64,000 nt of DNA from a virus. Location of the stretch: the IMG/VR virus record IMGVR_UViG_3300028844_003294, positions 1-64,000 of that record; one strand, written 5' to 3'. This document shows, one piece after another, positions 30,901 to 38,542 of this stretch (position 1 is the first letter of the stretch; the number at the start of each line of letters is the position of its first letter). The position numbers and the translations under genes are program-made. Under the pieces are notes generated by a model that was not told the DNA's origin, made no database searches, and worked only from the letters and a program-made list of their open reading frames with translations.

Positions 30901-33900
30901 GTATCCTCAAAATCTAGAGTACCATACTCGACAACTTCAATTACTGAATTCTCATTTAATTCACCACCTGGTAATTTTGACACATCATAGAATGTAATAA
31001 TATTATTACTACCTGACTCGCTTACAATATAACCTGCAACACTACTAGTTTCTAGTGCATCGTCTAATTTCTGTCCGTCAATGAAAACATCTAAATGCGG
31101 ATATATTCCGTTTATAACTGTTCTGTTATCAATATCAATTAAATTAGTATTTGATACTCCGTCACTGACTGATGTTGGTACAAAATTAAATGATATATTA
31201 CCTCCTGTTGTTCTACTGGTAGGTCTTATAGTTGTTCTACTACCTTCATCGAACACCCAATCATTGCCTGCTGAAGTTATGTTGCCGTCAACTGTTGCTA
31301 TAATATCACTTTGTGCAGTACTGTTAGCAGTTTCAAAACTATATCGTTGCCTTGGTTGATATCTTCTTTCTTCTAATAAGAACTTGTTTGTGATATCATC
31401 AACAATAGCACTATTGCCCTGTCCAGAAAGTTGAAAATCATTACCTTGTATTTCTAGCAAATAATTGGTTGATGTAGATGTTGTAATTTCAACTGCTCTT
31501 GCTACAATATTAGCATTAGTGTTTGCAGTACTGTTGATTGCATTTGCAACACCAGTAAGTGTTGTAACACCCGATAAATCAATAAATGTATTTGCATTAC
31601 CGCTAGGTGCAAAATGGTCTGTGATATGGATACCTGTTAAGGCATTTGCAAATGTACCTGAACCAGATACATAATCACTTGATATTGCATAAGGCTTACT
31701 AAAATATGTTGTAAGGTTTGCTGTAAGCAACTGTGCCGCAACTACTGTTACAGATGGGTTTATAGTATAGCCATAACCTTTTTCTGTAACTGTGACGTTG
31801 CTAATTGTTCCATCAGTGGATAAATTCACTATGGCTTCAGCAGTAGTACCTCCACCGTATGAGAAACTTCCTGGAATCTCTGCAGGTGGTGGTTCTATTT
31901 CAAGTATTGGTTTTGTATAGAATTTTGTATTTCTACTTAATACTTCTACATCATCAACAATACTAACTATATTTTCTGGGTATACAATTTGTACTAATGT
32001 TTTTTCACTTTTAATCTCGTCTTCATCAATTTTAACATCCAGTCTCTGTTTATTACCAGTGTCACCAAAATCACCAATTTTTAATGCCCATTGATCAAAT
32101 ATACTTACGTTACCAGGAATAAACACTTTGTCACTGTTTAACAAGATTTCTAAACTGTCTTTTGTACCTTTGTTTCTGATCATACCTTGATAGAAATCAA
32201 ACTGGTTATCATCTACTAATTCAAATTCTCTAAGATATTTTCTTTCTTGATAACCATATTGTCTTCTACTTGCATCATAAACTTGTTTTTCTACTGGCAT
32301 ATAACCTATTTCGTTATATCTGCCAATGTCACTTGCAAGTGTATCAAAGTTTGGTTTTAATCCATTGTCAGTGATTATGAAACCTTCACTTGATAATGTT
32401 CCGTTCCAATTAGCAGTTCTCTTGCCTTTAATTTTTAAACGTTTTTGTCTTTGATTAAATACTGGATCATAAATTGTATCGCCAAATTGCGATTTGTTGT
32501 TTACAAGCATACTATGTTCTAATTCATTAGTATGTAATGTAATACCATAAATTTGTACTTCTCTATCAATTGTTGCGATCGTAATAGAATTACTTTCTCT
32601 AACAATTTCACAATCCCGAGGAGAAACCATTTTTCCTTCTTGATCTAATATACTAAATTGTCCTTTATAAGATTCTTGAATTCGATTTATTCTACCTGTA
32701 GTAGTAGCAAACGATACTTTGTTTGCCATAGGACTAAGATTTAATGTATTACCTGTTGACCATTTACCAATGCTCCAGAATAAGAACTGCTTACCTGAAT
32801 ATAACCAATCGTTTATATCATTTATTTCTGTGCTAAATTCACCAAAATCAAATCCTATTGATTTTTGATATCTGCCTAAACTGGTTAAGAAATCAAATAA
32901 GTCATTTACATTATAATAAACAGTACCGTATTCTACTCTTTCAACATTACCAGTTCCATCTAGATAAAATGTTGCTTCTGCTCCGCCTACGTTTGGCAAT
33001 GCACTCATTCTTTGCCATACTGTTGTATCGGTCACTGCCGTACCTGCAGAAGCAAATGCTACTGCTCGATAATAATTGTAACCTGATTTAACTATGTTAC
33101 CTTCGTTGTATTGTTTAGTTGTATCGTAATTACTAAAGTTTGCAGGTTCGCCGCCTACTGATACTTCTGTTTTTCTGCCTTGTTTATCACTAGGAATAAT
33201 ATCAAAGTATCTTTTTAAACTGCTGTATCCAGAAACTTTATATCCATTATTTGAAACTTTTTCTATAAGCACACCTGTATAATTGTTTGTTGTTGATACA
33301 GGACCTTCATGGATATCAATTTGTAAATCTTCTTGAGGTAATATTAAACTTGAACTATTACCTGTTGTACTATATGTATCACTGAATACAGTCATTGTAT
33401 CTTTATCAATAAATCCAGCAAACTTATGTCCTAGTTTACCGTTGACAGATCTAAATGGTTTTGCAAATATAGATGTATTATTAAGGCCCTGGAATCTCAA
33501 ATAAGAGTCTATGAATTGTGTATAACCAGTGTTAGTACATAATGTTTTACCGTCTGCCTTTATGTCGCCGTGTACAATAGCATTTTTGACTTTATATCTT
33601 TTGTTTGTATTTTTATCAACTAATTGGTTGGTGTTTGCAGAAACTCGAATAAGTTTTTCCGGTTCTGCAAACACACTGGCAAACTTACCTGGCTTGGTAA
33701 GAAATAGTGATTCTATAATTGCAAATGGATAATATTCAGAAATTTTCCATGCATTCTCTACTGGAGCACCGTCACTAAATTTCCAATTGCTACTTGCTAA
33801 TGTTGAGTTAGCACTATATACTGTTGACTCTGAGTTGTCTAACGAATATGATAGGGTACCGTTTGTATTTAGAGTTTGTGTACCAATTAAATTGTTTGCT

Positions 33901-36900
33901 AAGTCTGGTGTATCTATAAACTTGCCACCAACTGTATAAGGATATGCTGGTTTGCTGTTTGCATCTATTGTTGCAACATAATAGTATGTTCCTGCAGGAT
34001 ATTCTGGTGTAACACCAAAACGTCCATTAAACTGATCAAGATCACCACTGCCTGGGTTATACGCATAATCTTCAATAAATTCACCTGTTGGTAAACCTGT
34101 TGCACCACTGGCTATATCAGATCTTACATCACTTCTTAGTTCGTAACTGCTTTCTATTCTTTTAATAGCACTACTGGCATTTGCACCATCAGTGTAGCCG
34201 TATGGACCATAAATTGGTAATCCGTCAAATGCCCATCCAACAATTGGTGAATGACTGTCAGTTGCCCAACTAGTCAATCCAACTGTTTGAGGACTAGGTT
34301 GTACATATCCGTAAATATTATTACTGTCTGGTGAACCACCAGCAGTATCTCTGTCAACATCATTTCTAAACATTGCATTGTAGTGCCAGTTACTACTATC
34401 TTCAAAGATAATACCTGTATTACTGTTTGTAATCATTGCACCGTTTACTGCTATACCTATTGCAGTATTGCTTGTTGATGTTGCATTTGCATAATCATTA
34501 TAATATGCTAAATTTCCTGTTGCTATACCTGTAGCAAATTGGAAACTGTAATTGAATTCTGAGTCTACAATTTCATTTGTATTATTTGTAGACGGGAATG
34601 TTCCAGTGTCGTGTCCTGGAATATTATTTGTTGTAACATTTATAAATGTGTTACCTGAATTATTGTATTCACTTATTGATAAACCGTCAGTAGCAATAAA
34701 TGTATTTGCATTTGCACTAGGTGTTCCTGTAACACTCTGTGACCAAGAAATACTTTTTGTTGTTGATGTAGTACTAATAATATTAGCAGGTGGTATTAGG
34801 TTGCCTTGTGCATCTACAGGTATTTCATATTTTAATCCAATTCTTCTAAAAGGATTTTTTCTAGTTTTATATCTATCATTTTCAATATTGGCTCTAGTGC
34901 CTTGTCTAATAATACCTTCCTCTAAATCTTTCCATAAGTCAGTGTTAGTTGAACCATAGTCTGTACCATACTGTTCTTCCCACCATGTTGGTTTTTTAGT
35001 GAAGCCTAGCATTTCCCATGGGTGTGTATGAGGTTTTTCTGTATCGTAACAACTTTCAAAAATACCTCTCCAATAAGCAGGTTTTACAGTATTGCTATTG
35101 TAATTCCATGTCCAAAAATCATCTTCTTTATAATATTCATTTGTAACAAAGTCTACTTCGTTTCTTGTAACAAATTTATTAAAACTTTCTCTTAAAATAT
35201 TATAAAAGTCGTTTCTTGAAAATCCTGTTGTTCTGAATCTACCTGGTCTAATGTCAAATACATTTAAGTCAGGATGTGATTCCTTATCTTTATAAACTTG
35301 TAATATTGTATTGTAAACTCTTCTTTCAAACTCTAATAATATTTCATCTTCTTTGTCGTTTACTGCTACATGCTTACTACCATCATGTCCAAGTACTACA
35401 TTTATTGGCTCATTGAAAGTAGTATCCTTAAATATTTCTGGTTTTGTTACAGGATACAGACCCATTGCACTTGGTGTGGGCGGACATTGAGCACTTTCTC
35501 TGTTTGTATTAAAGAATCTTGCTTTTATTGTACTACCTAACGATAAAGTATAATTATCAGTAAATGTTAAAGTAACAATGCTGTTATCACTGTTTATGCT
35601 ATAGTCAGTATCAATCAAAAGCATTTGATCTTTACCTTCGCTATCTGTTTCGTAAATGTAAACTACATTTTCTACTTTAGTCAAATCGCTATATCTAGAT
35701 AAGGCATATTCTTTTTGATTTACGTTATTGATTACAATAGTTTCTTCGTCGTATCTATCACCAATTGCTAACATGTAACTATAGTCAAATACTAGTTTGC
35801 CTGGATTGTATGCTATAACATTTTGTATTACAAGTTCTAATATATCGCTGTTTGTTAAACCAATTATATCGTTGCCATCAATGTAACGTTTAATCTCTTT
35901 TCTTAATCTGTTTTTATACTTAATATACTCTTCTGCATTATATCTTATTGCATCGATAATATTAAAGTTATCATTGCTAACTAGGAAAGCCGCAGTTTGC
36001 AAGTCATCGTCTGACTGTACAATTTTGTCTGCATATTTTATTTCTTTTGTTAGATTACTAAAGTTATTACTTCCAAGAGGCTCACCTTCAATGTGCTCTT
36101 GGTTGTTTATTAAATTTTTAAAATGTTCGATGTATTGTGGTTCACTGATTTCAGATATATCTACTTTATCAGTGTTCGAATCCCAACTTAGAGGTATTTC
36201 ATATCTACCAGTTCTGTTTTCACCTAATATATGCCCAGTACTTGTTTTTGTTTTAATATCAATTACATCATTTAATTTTAACTCAAAACTTGCAAACTGA
36301 ATAGCAGTCAATACACTATTATATGTGAACGCCTTAGTACGTTTACCATTGATATAAACTCTTATGTCATTGCTATCTGTGGGTGTTGCTGATATATTAT
36401 AAATTACAGTTTTTGCATCTACAAGATCTTGAGATATTTGATATCTATCTTCGACTACTTGTTCGAAAGGAGTGTTTTGTCCTCTCCACATAGTTCTATA
36501 TTCTATGTTACCGTTGCTTAATCTTTGCTTGTAATACAAGTATCCATTTATGTAAGAGTTTGTTGTGCCACCAAAGGGCACATAACTAATTACGTCAGAA
36601 CTTAAATTGTTGTTAAAAACAATTTCGCTGAAGTTATTAAAGTTTTTATACTCTAGAGGAAATCCTAAAACACTATCATTCTGTGTATTTGACGTTGCAT
36701 CTTTATAAGAAAATAATTTTGTTCCTTTAAAAGATGATTTTGGGTATACCAAATCATCATCGACAATATTTCTATTACCGTCATATGCTTTAAACAATAT
36801 AGGACTGTTTACCCTAGTTTTCTTTTGACCTAATATCCATTTTTTTCCATTCCAAAAATATTCTGTACCTTGATTTTGAGAACCAAACAGAATAGAAATA

Positions 36901-38537
36901 CTATTACCAACTTCAGGAACAAACGGTATAAAATTACTATCGCCGTCTACTGCACCTACAGGGTTATTGTCTGCTGGTTTTCTTTTAAGTATAACTCTAT
37001 CACCAAATGTAATGCTTTGCTGATCTGTAAGTGTTACATTTGCACTAGTTGTAATTATTTTAGAGCTAGTATCAATATCTTCAACTTGCACAGTAGTACT
37101 AATGCCATTGCCTGTAATAGTTGAATATAGATAAATGTCTGATATGTCGTCAACAATAAAGGTTGAACTATTTGATACACCACCTACAACTGTTTTAGTT
37201 GTTGATGCTTTTACAACATAAACATATTTTGCATTATCTTCTGTATCATCTGGTATTAAAACTAAATTTTCTTCTTTGATGCCCTGACTGTCAATTGGTG
37301 CTGATATTGGCCGGCCTTCTATTTCAGCCTTAGTATAACCTGCGGCAGATAAATCAGCATTAAAGTTTAGACCTAGATTACCAAAATTGTATACTTCTAT
37401 ATCTCTATCAAATTCTAAAATAGGTCTTTTTGCTCTGAATTCTTTACCTGGTAATTCAGAGCCCGAATCTATGAAATTGTTTTTATGATGCCAAAAGTTT
37501 ATTCTACTCCAAATATTTTTATCTTGTGCACCACGTTGCATAAGAATGTAATCTGGTGTTTCCTGAGTGTTACCACCATCCCATGGTTCATTGTCGAATC
37601 CATATAATCCATCGTTTATATAAACCAAGAAGCCGTCTGCTTCTGAAACGTAGCCTTCCCAAAAAGGATTACCGTTTAAGTCTATATCTTGTAATGAATT
37701 GACTTGTACTGTGGACTGCTCACCTTCTGCATCAAAGTAGTAATATAAACCTGTACTAGTATCAAGATAACCATGTGTTGTAATAATACTTTCTGATACT
37801 GCACCTTGAGGTATGTCGGTTAAAATTAAGTTAGATTCACCTGTTATTATTTCTTGATCCCATGGAGAAAAAGAAGGAGTTGAAAAACTTGCTGAAAAAT
37901 TTTGTTCCTTATTATGTAAAATAATACTGTCGCCAACACCTTCAACAATGTATCTATCGTCTTTGTATGTTTGAGGAATCACATAGTCACCTGCAAATTC
38001 CACCACTGCACCATTTTTAAATGTATAACCTGATGGATCAGTAAATGTTTTTTTACCAATAATATCTTTTAAAATGTTTATAGGTTGACTTGCTGTACCA
38101 CTAACTACTATTGCTTGTGGTCCTTCTGGACTCCAAAAATATTCTTGGAAATTTACAAATTTATCTTCATCAATGGGAGGTAACAAACTGTAAAAGTTTG
38201 AACTGAATAAATTGTTTTGGTTTTGTGTATCGACACCATAACTTTTTAAAACATTTAAAAAGTCATCGTAGAACATTAAATTAGTACTTAATCCTGTTAG
38301 TTGATCTACACTATTGACTACTGGTTCTAAACTATATTTTTCTCTGTTAGGTGTGCTCTGAGGAACATATACATCTGTATCTGGGTTATAGTCGTCGAAC
38401 TCTTTTCTTCCAATATATGCAGACAAGTTTTCAACATTTGCTTTGCTGAATAACTGTTCTACTGTACTTTCGAAAAAGTTTTTAACAGTAGTTGTCTGAA
38501 TATTCGTTGGTAAGTCTTTATACTTTTTATCAGCCAT
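21903..38537 (-). CDS. Giant (5544 aa) virion structural protein, probable baseplate wedge/fibre, with YHYH domain
   Basis: Uninterrupted 16.6-kb ORF directly downstream of gp6. Contains a YHYH-type block, THPWEMLGF..KP.WW, beta-rich repeats and a Pro-rich linker. Confidence 0.8.
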   Translation of the reverse strand: MADKKYKDLPTNIQTTTVKNFFESTVEQLFSKANVENLSAYIGRKEFDDYNPDTDVYVPQSTPNREKYSLEPVVNSVDQLTGLSTNLMFYDDFLNVLKSYGVDTQNQNNLFSSNFYSLLPPIDEDKFVNFQEYFWSPEGPQAIVVSGTASQPINILKDIIGKKTFTDPSGYTFKNGAVVEFAGDYVIPQTYKDDRYIVEGVGDSIILHNKEQNFSASFSTPSFSPWDQEIITGESNLILTDIPQGAVSESIITTHGYLDTSTGLYYYFDAEGEQSTVQVNSLQDIDLNGNPFWEGYVSEADGFLVYINDGLYGFDNEPWDGGNTQETPDYILMQRGAQDKNIWSRINFWHHKNNFIDSGSELPGKEFRAKRPILEFDRDIEVYNFGNLGLNFNADLSAAGYTKAEIEGRPISAPIDSQGIKEENLVLIPDDTEDNAKYVYVVKASTTKTVVGGVSNSSTFIVDDISDIYLYSTITGNGISTTVQVEDIDTSSKIITTSANVTLTDQQSITFGDRVILKRKPADNNPVGAVDGDSNFIPFVPEVGNSISILFGSQNQGTEYFWNGKKWILGQKKTRVNSPILFKAYDGNRNIVDDDLVYPKSSFKGTKLFSYKDATSNTQNDSVLGFPLEYKNFNNFSEIVFNNNLSSDVISYVPFGGTTNSYINGYLYYKQRLSNGNIEYRTMWRGQNTPFEQVVEDRYQISQDLVDAKTVIYNISATPTDSNDIRVYINGKRTKAFTYNSVLTAIQFASFELKLNDVIDIKTKTSTGHILGENRTGRYEIPLSWDSNTDKVDISEISEPQYIEHFKNLINNQEHIEGEPLGSNNFSNLTKEIKYADKIVQSDDDLQTAAFLVSNDNFNIIDAIRYNAEEYIKYKNRLRKEIKRYIDGNDIIGLTNSDILELVIQNVIAYNPGKLVFDYSYMLAIGDRYDEETIVINNVNQKEYALSRYSDLTKVENVVYIYETDSEGKDQMLLIDTDYSINSDNSIVTLTFTDNYTLSLGSTIKARFFNTNRESAQCPPTPSAMGLYPVTKPEIFKDTTFNEPINVVLGHDGSKHVAVNDKEDEILLEFERRVYNTILQVYKDKESHPDLNVFDIRPGRFRTTGFSRNDFYNILRESFNKFVTRNEVDFVTNEYYKEDDFWTWNYNSNTVKPAYWRGIFESCYDTEKPHTHPWEMLGFTKKPTWWEEQYGTDYGSTNTDLWKDLEEGIIRQGTRANIENDRYKTRKNPFRRIGLKYEIPVDAQGNLIPPANIISTTSTTKSISWSQSVTGTPSANANTFIATDGLSISEYNNSGNTFINVTTNNIPGHDTGTFPSTNNTNEIVDSEFNYSFQFATGIATGNLAYYNDYANATSTSNTAIGIAVNGAMITNSNTGIIFEDSSNWHYNAMFRNDVDRDTAGGSPDSNNIYGYVQPSPQTVGLTSWATDSHSPIVGWAFDGLPIYGPYGYTDGANASSAIKRIESSYELRSDVRSDIASGATGLPTGEFIEDYAYNPGSGDLDQFNGRFGVTPEYPAGTYYYVATIDANSKPAYPYTVGGKFIDTPDLANNLIGTQTLNTNGTLSYSLDNSESTVYSANSTLASSNWKFSDGAPVENAWKISEYYPFAIIESLFLTKPGKFASVFAEPEKLIRVSANTNQLVDKNTNKRYKVKNAIVHGDIKADGKTLCTNTGYTQFIDSYLRFQGLNNTSIFAKPFRSVNGKLGHKFAGFIDKDTMTVFSDTYSTTGNSSSLILPQEDLQIDIHEGPVSTTNNYTGVLIEKVSNNGYKVSGYSSLKRYFDIIPSDKQGRKTEVSVGGEPANFSNYDTTKQYNEGNIVKSGYNYYRAVAFASAGTAVTDTTVWQRMSALPNVGGAEATFYLDGTGNVERVEYGTVYYNVNDLFDFLTSLGRYQKSIGFDFGEFSTEINDINDWLYSGKQFLFWSIGKWSTGNTLNLSPMANKVSFATTTGRINRIQESYKGQFSILDQEGKMVSPRDCEIVRESNSITIATIDREVQIYGITLHTNELEHSMLVNNKSQFGDTIYDPVFNQRQKRLKIKGKRTANWNGTLSSEGFIITDNGLKPNFDTLASDIGRYNEIGYMPVEKQVYDASRRQYGYQERKYLREFELVDDNQFDFYQGMIRNKGTKDSLEILLNSDKVFIPGNVSIFDQWALKIGDFGDTGNKQRLDVKIDEDEIKSEKTLVQIVYPENIVSIVDDVEVLSRNTKFYTKPILEIEPPPAEIPGSFSYGGGTTAEAIVNLSTDGTISNVTVTEKGYGYTINPSVTVVAAQLLTANLTTYFSKPYAISSDYVSGSGTFANALTGIHITDHFAPSGNANTFIDLSGVTTLTGVANAINSTANTNANIVARAVEITTSTSTNYLLEIQGNDFQLSGQGNSAIVDDITNKFLLEERRYQPRQRYSFETANSTAQSDIIATVDGNITSAGNDWVFDEGSRTTIRPTSRTTGGNISFNFVPTSVSDGVSNTNLIDIDNRTVINGIYPHLDVFIDGQKLDDALETSSVAGYIVSESGSNNIITFYDVSKLPGGELNENSVIEVVEYGTLDFEDTYQGDLPGSVLNIKVTANDALAAKLKQIRTFEITPDVKTDSTILIDVDDGTRMIHRPTDMATNDLWPTTSSVSHLGIVDSKYTPLPNAGYISKYNVNYQAMDLQNFEQLFDRATRKASKIPQANDLIHFAIDEHSDFNAYQLVDTNCNVAYVEGDLNSQSISLFTNKSLMQFTDGNRENTANNINKYYDNVVAFKRDKNIYNAYYDKMSYADGEKIFDDTIMDLTTPVGLFFNEEQVVKNSFDVTDITYTRPMVLGIEKIEPNVSGNVLNIQPHALFNEGIVANANIVGNNIVEISIVTTQETVDGTVSFSNQFSGLTNGSYVNFVDTSGGNLNGNNYEISNLNVTAFTTNGTQSSTANTSVPVISEVSGTVTNSKTVTLLEANTDIRNGMSVLGTGVENNTKVNQISGTTITLSQNANISSGANITFVSQSVIYTTTESSTTTFTIEDATVSSNVSTANLTIGKTDGLIVTTDFDTTTLTRGDDVKIQNAGLFEGVHRIKDITVNGVANTISIPGDYVAPLSITSTFTGVDTANIQLATANSSITDGMLVTGGNVAANCKVLYIDAGGNIILSSNADSSANSSITFTEDRFGNATLVDNYVTVTFTEDHDLTIDSAGQDTILEHVVNIGYAEPGYYNWAWRAKGVPTANTLLVQGYGYDHPVPVTYTTTFTGTGNSIVIASENDFVQKFVSVSGGDVASGTKVVSVDGTTVILDGNADSSANNSITFSANAVSEKQYLEYGNSAQLTVGNPEGNAYLSSTHKGKIFINGMPVATAFPMYSSQQYVDDINYQLQIKQGAVAFCGSIQISIPFITPALKAAARAAALNAANRTGLQNFAGLGQVPAGTINPKLQGKQHTLRNSYNYAGLAQRVLNGGQHSFVDPNPGNSGNVTTSGPSAPVPVPLSGGGLTFGGGSSTPPTQSPTYNPPPPPTTVVNTIQAPGSSGNYASAGTNGTSFADFSPIIDITQNDTPCPPPPPVPPTPPVPPVKMVTQFISNTKGRGVTETTRFKFATDDNNGAGWPIKILFDMYSAKDKMTVYQGTTAGSTGRTLAGTGVAGTLSQLTDTDKTEYNRIRTGSNNTQFSGGIQDYTTHGNGFVKENGKLSFTYYPANGQYITIKLEKDGSTSTAYNFAIEYPSDDGVPLQGSVASVGNPSNNANPGVIANGAGPWGNGFIPPGGLQIGGGYGSGFNGVNTTFNFSGVNIAGIGAGTFSYNTQYQAGLTNGYPSYNANTAGWSPTLGWVDINGNAWSGTLISGPQAQLTNTNPGNQGQGNTNHIGLTGHTPTGGTTNTSQIPVCTPKPRIKVCGQTKSVGQGDTFYINGTSVTLSGATSIDAIANEIRSQVTSVTVHVTPDGLGDKCLTIRNKTADPMVVRNGCAGGVYKEVLDYTLQKDQQMCFNKEVVQGPTTLTNTASGSGNATIVGTSVASFTTDTITPEERLANNDKQSICLTKGSGYAVGDVLRVMGGTPVVGLPSSELQSITVNNGGFGYVKDSIRVVIGQTGEPGTGALVDYSGIEVDGSGAITKIPLASGGDGYSMDNPPTITIIGTGRNASVSAKTKVEHPAVEKPARFVVNGVGPDGEITDIQIITRGIYKIFPSDLDSGVPLEYDIKRPQSGTPDSEILGSSGHIDNAYGDAANKGAGFGARIFLTAREIPSCSEKGNALTDLGLPNGVIYATTPEQQLADDISLFSELDENGNPLFAADVVYRDADGNIIPSDANLGDDGLGNSGLGRGGVPNGAMIGELVLSSPTLMGIEIDDNLNPGLLDILGVLPGTYYCGPGIEVTNNDGSGVNPAISVQQMADGFPFNGAAGRGVRNKPWQNGWNFNMNLGNITQSQDMFKYDITTITGDAIQFTRDDVDRQYVKPLVLESMRHDTESGLDLANISNAWIDSYGTTGGWAYLESNTVIRQQEKLADIKFVKDVFTYDEDTAQKEFELNLYDPFKGIIPGFIDKEIIFKSENDPVVYNPAYTKFGKEQVGATWWNTSKVKYEWYEQGAGTYDIYGYNNEERIRNWGSMFPNSKIEIVEWIESLLTPEEFNLQNISNGVQALTPSDGSAPNFILETRANDKGKLTDYYYFWVEGKTTVDAKAFAHYGRERSTVELVNLLSNPEGQRLPYFAMVSPEAMGINMLGDLIKTENSILSLNYTRRPEKHSQQHTSWQLASEGDKNSSIPSELSVKLIDSLAGINGLGEDVPAKGLSEAERYGSSYRPRQTMFKYIKEARKQMFNSLNSIFKELKMDSTFDDWRNSLPTTLNYLDTVNWFEELRTDKVTNSKIYYNSDYKPLRKVATTKQLELLKNVLDRSVIQVQSNSNSKYSLYEYSKSTDTFKLIAIEDETVEWNEKVYKEQQSNPIAEEIRSVLLALYNNVFVGSSRVYWNRFFFDMVKYAYSEQTELNWAFKTTYLNIVKEETDLVPLKGFKVDNFDKAIDYFNEVKPYSSKIQNYSDIKKPATEIVSGTSTDFDRPPYFDSETIDVRVLDDSVSADANILATDSTYAGFVSSNAPIRSVDTKIVFDRVKADLFENSSGMQTQTFVASTDIDALSLNFVPSEADRIVVKRNDEVVPTISTNLNSSIGIAPDGNIITSPGGNISTTNYTFDSANNVIVLNKTGNSEFQTVSAGDVIEVSVIDGFDPTKETINVSIAKNIVSIMQNSNANISNTQLSWTASDRLFKFDPEIISQFTHDMESTFGEGVLTNATVMTNVNTITSMVDSGNLDNTFSLVKTKIGGDFQGRQLDASVFTDIVPGTHPTTYYTNTRGFDFYSWDSEVWDREVDVENFIGILNEETQGNVNYRVDNETVYGFDAVTFLKSRHGPDRPEELAVVQPLETLVINVHTSNADIETLPGVSTSKSIRYRMFMDLFGKTDFYRQTLTGLTTVSANVNIWENEISVADVSVLPDGNESNKGIIWIGAERIEYTGVDTANNKLLGVVRGTRGTTAQPLIESGAQIFNGEESQNIALQGARDPQIANWLGQDGVSITDTTNSPTTDTIIGFIQNV

Positions 38538-38542
38538 TTATT

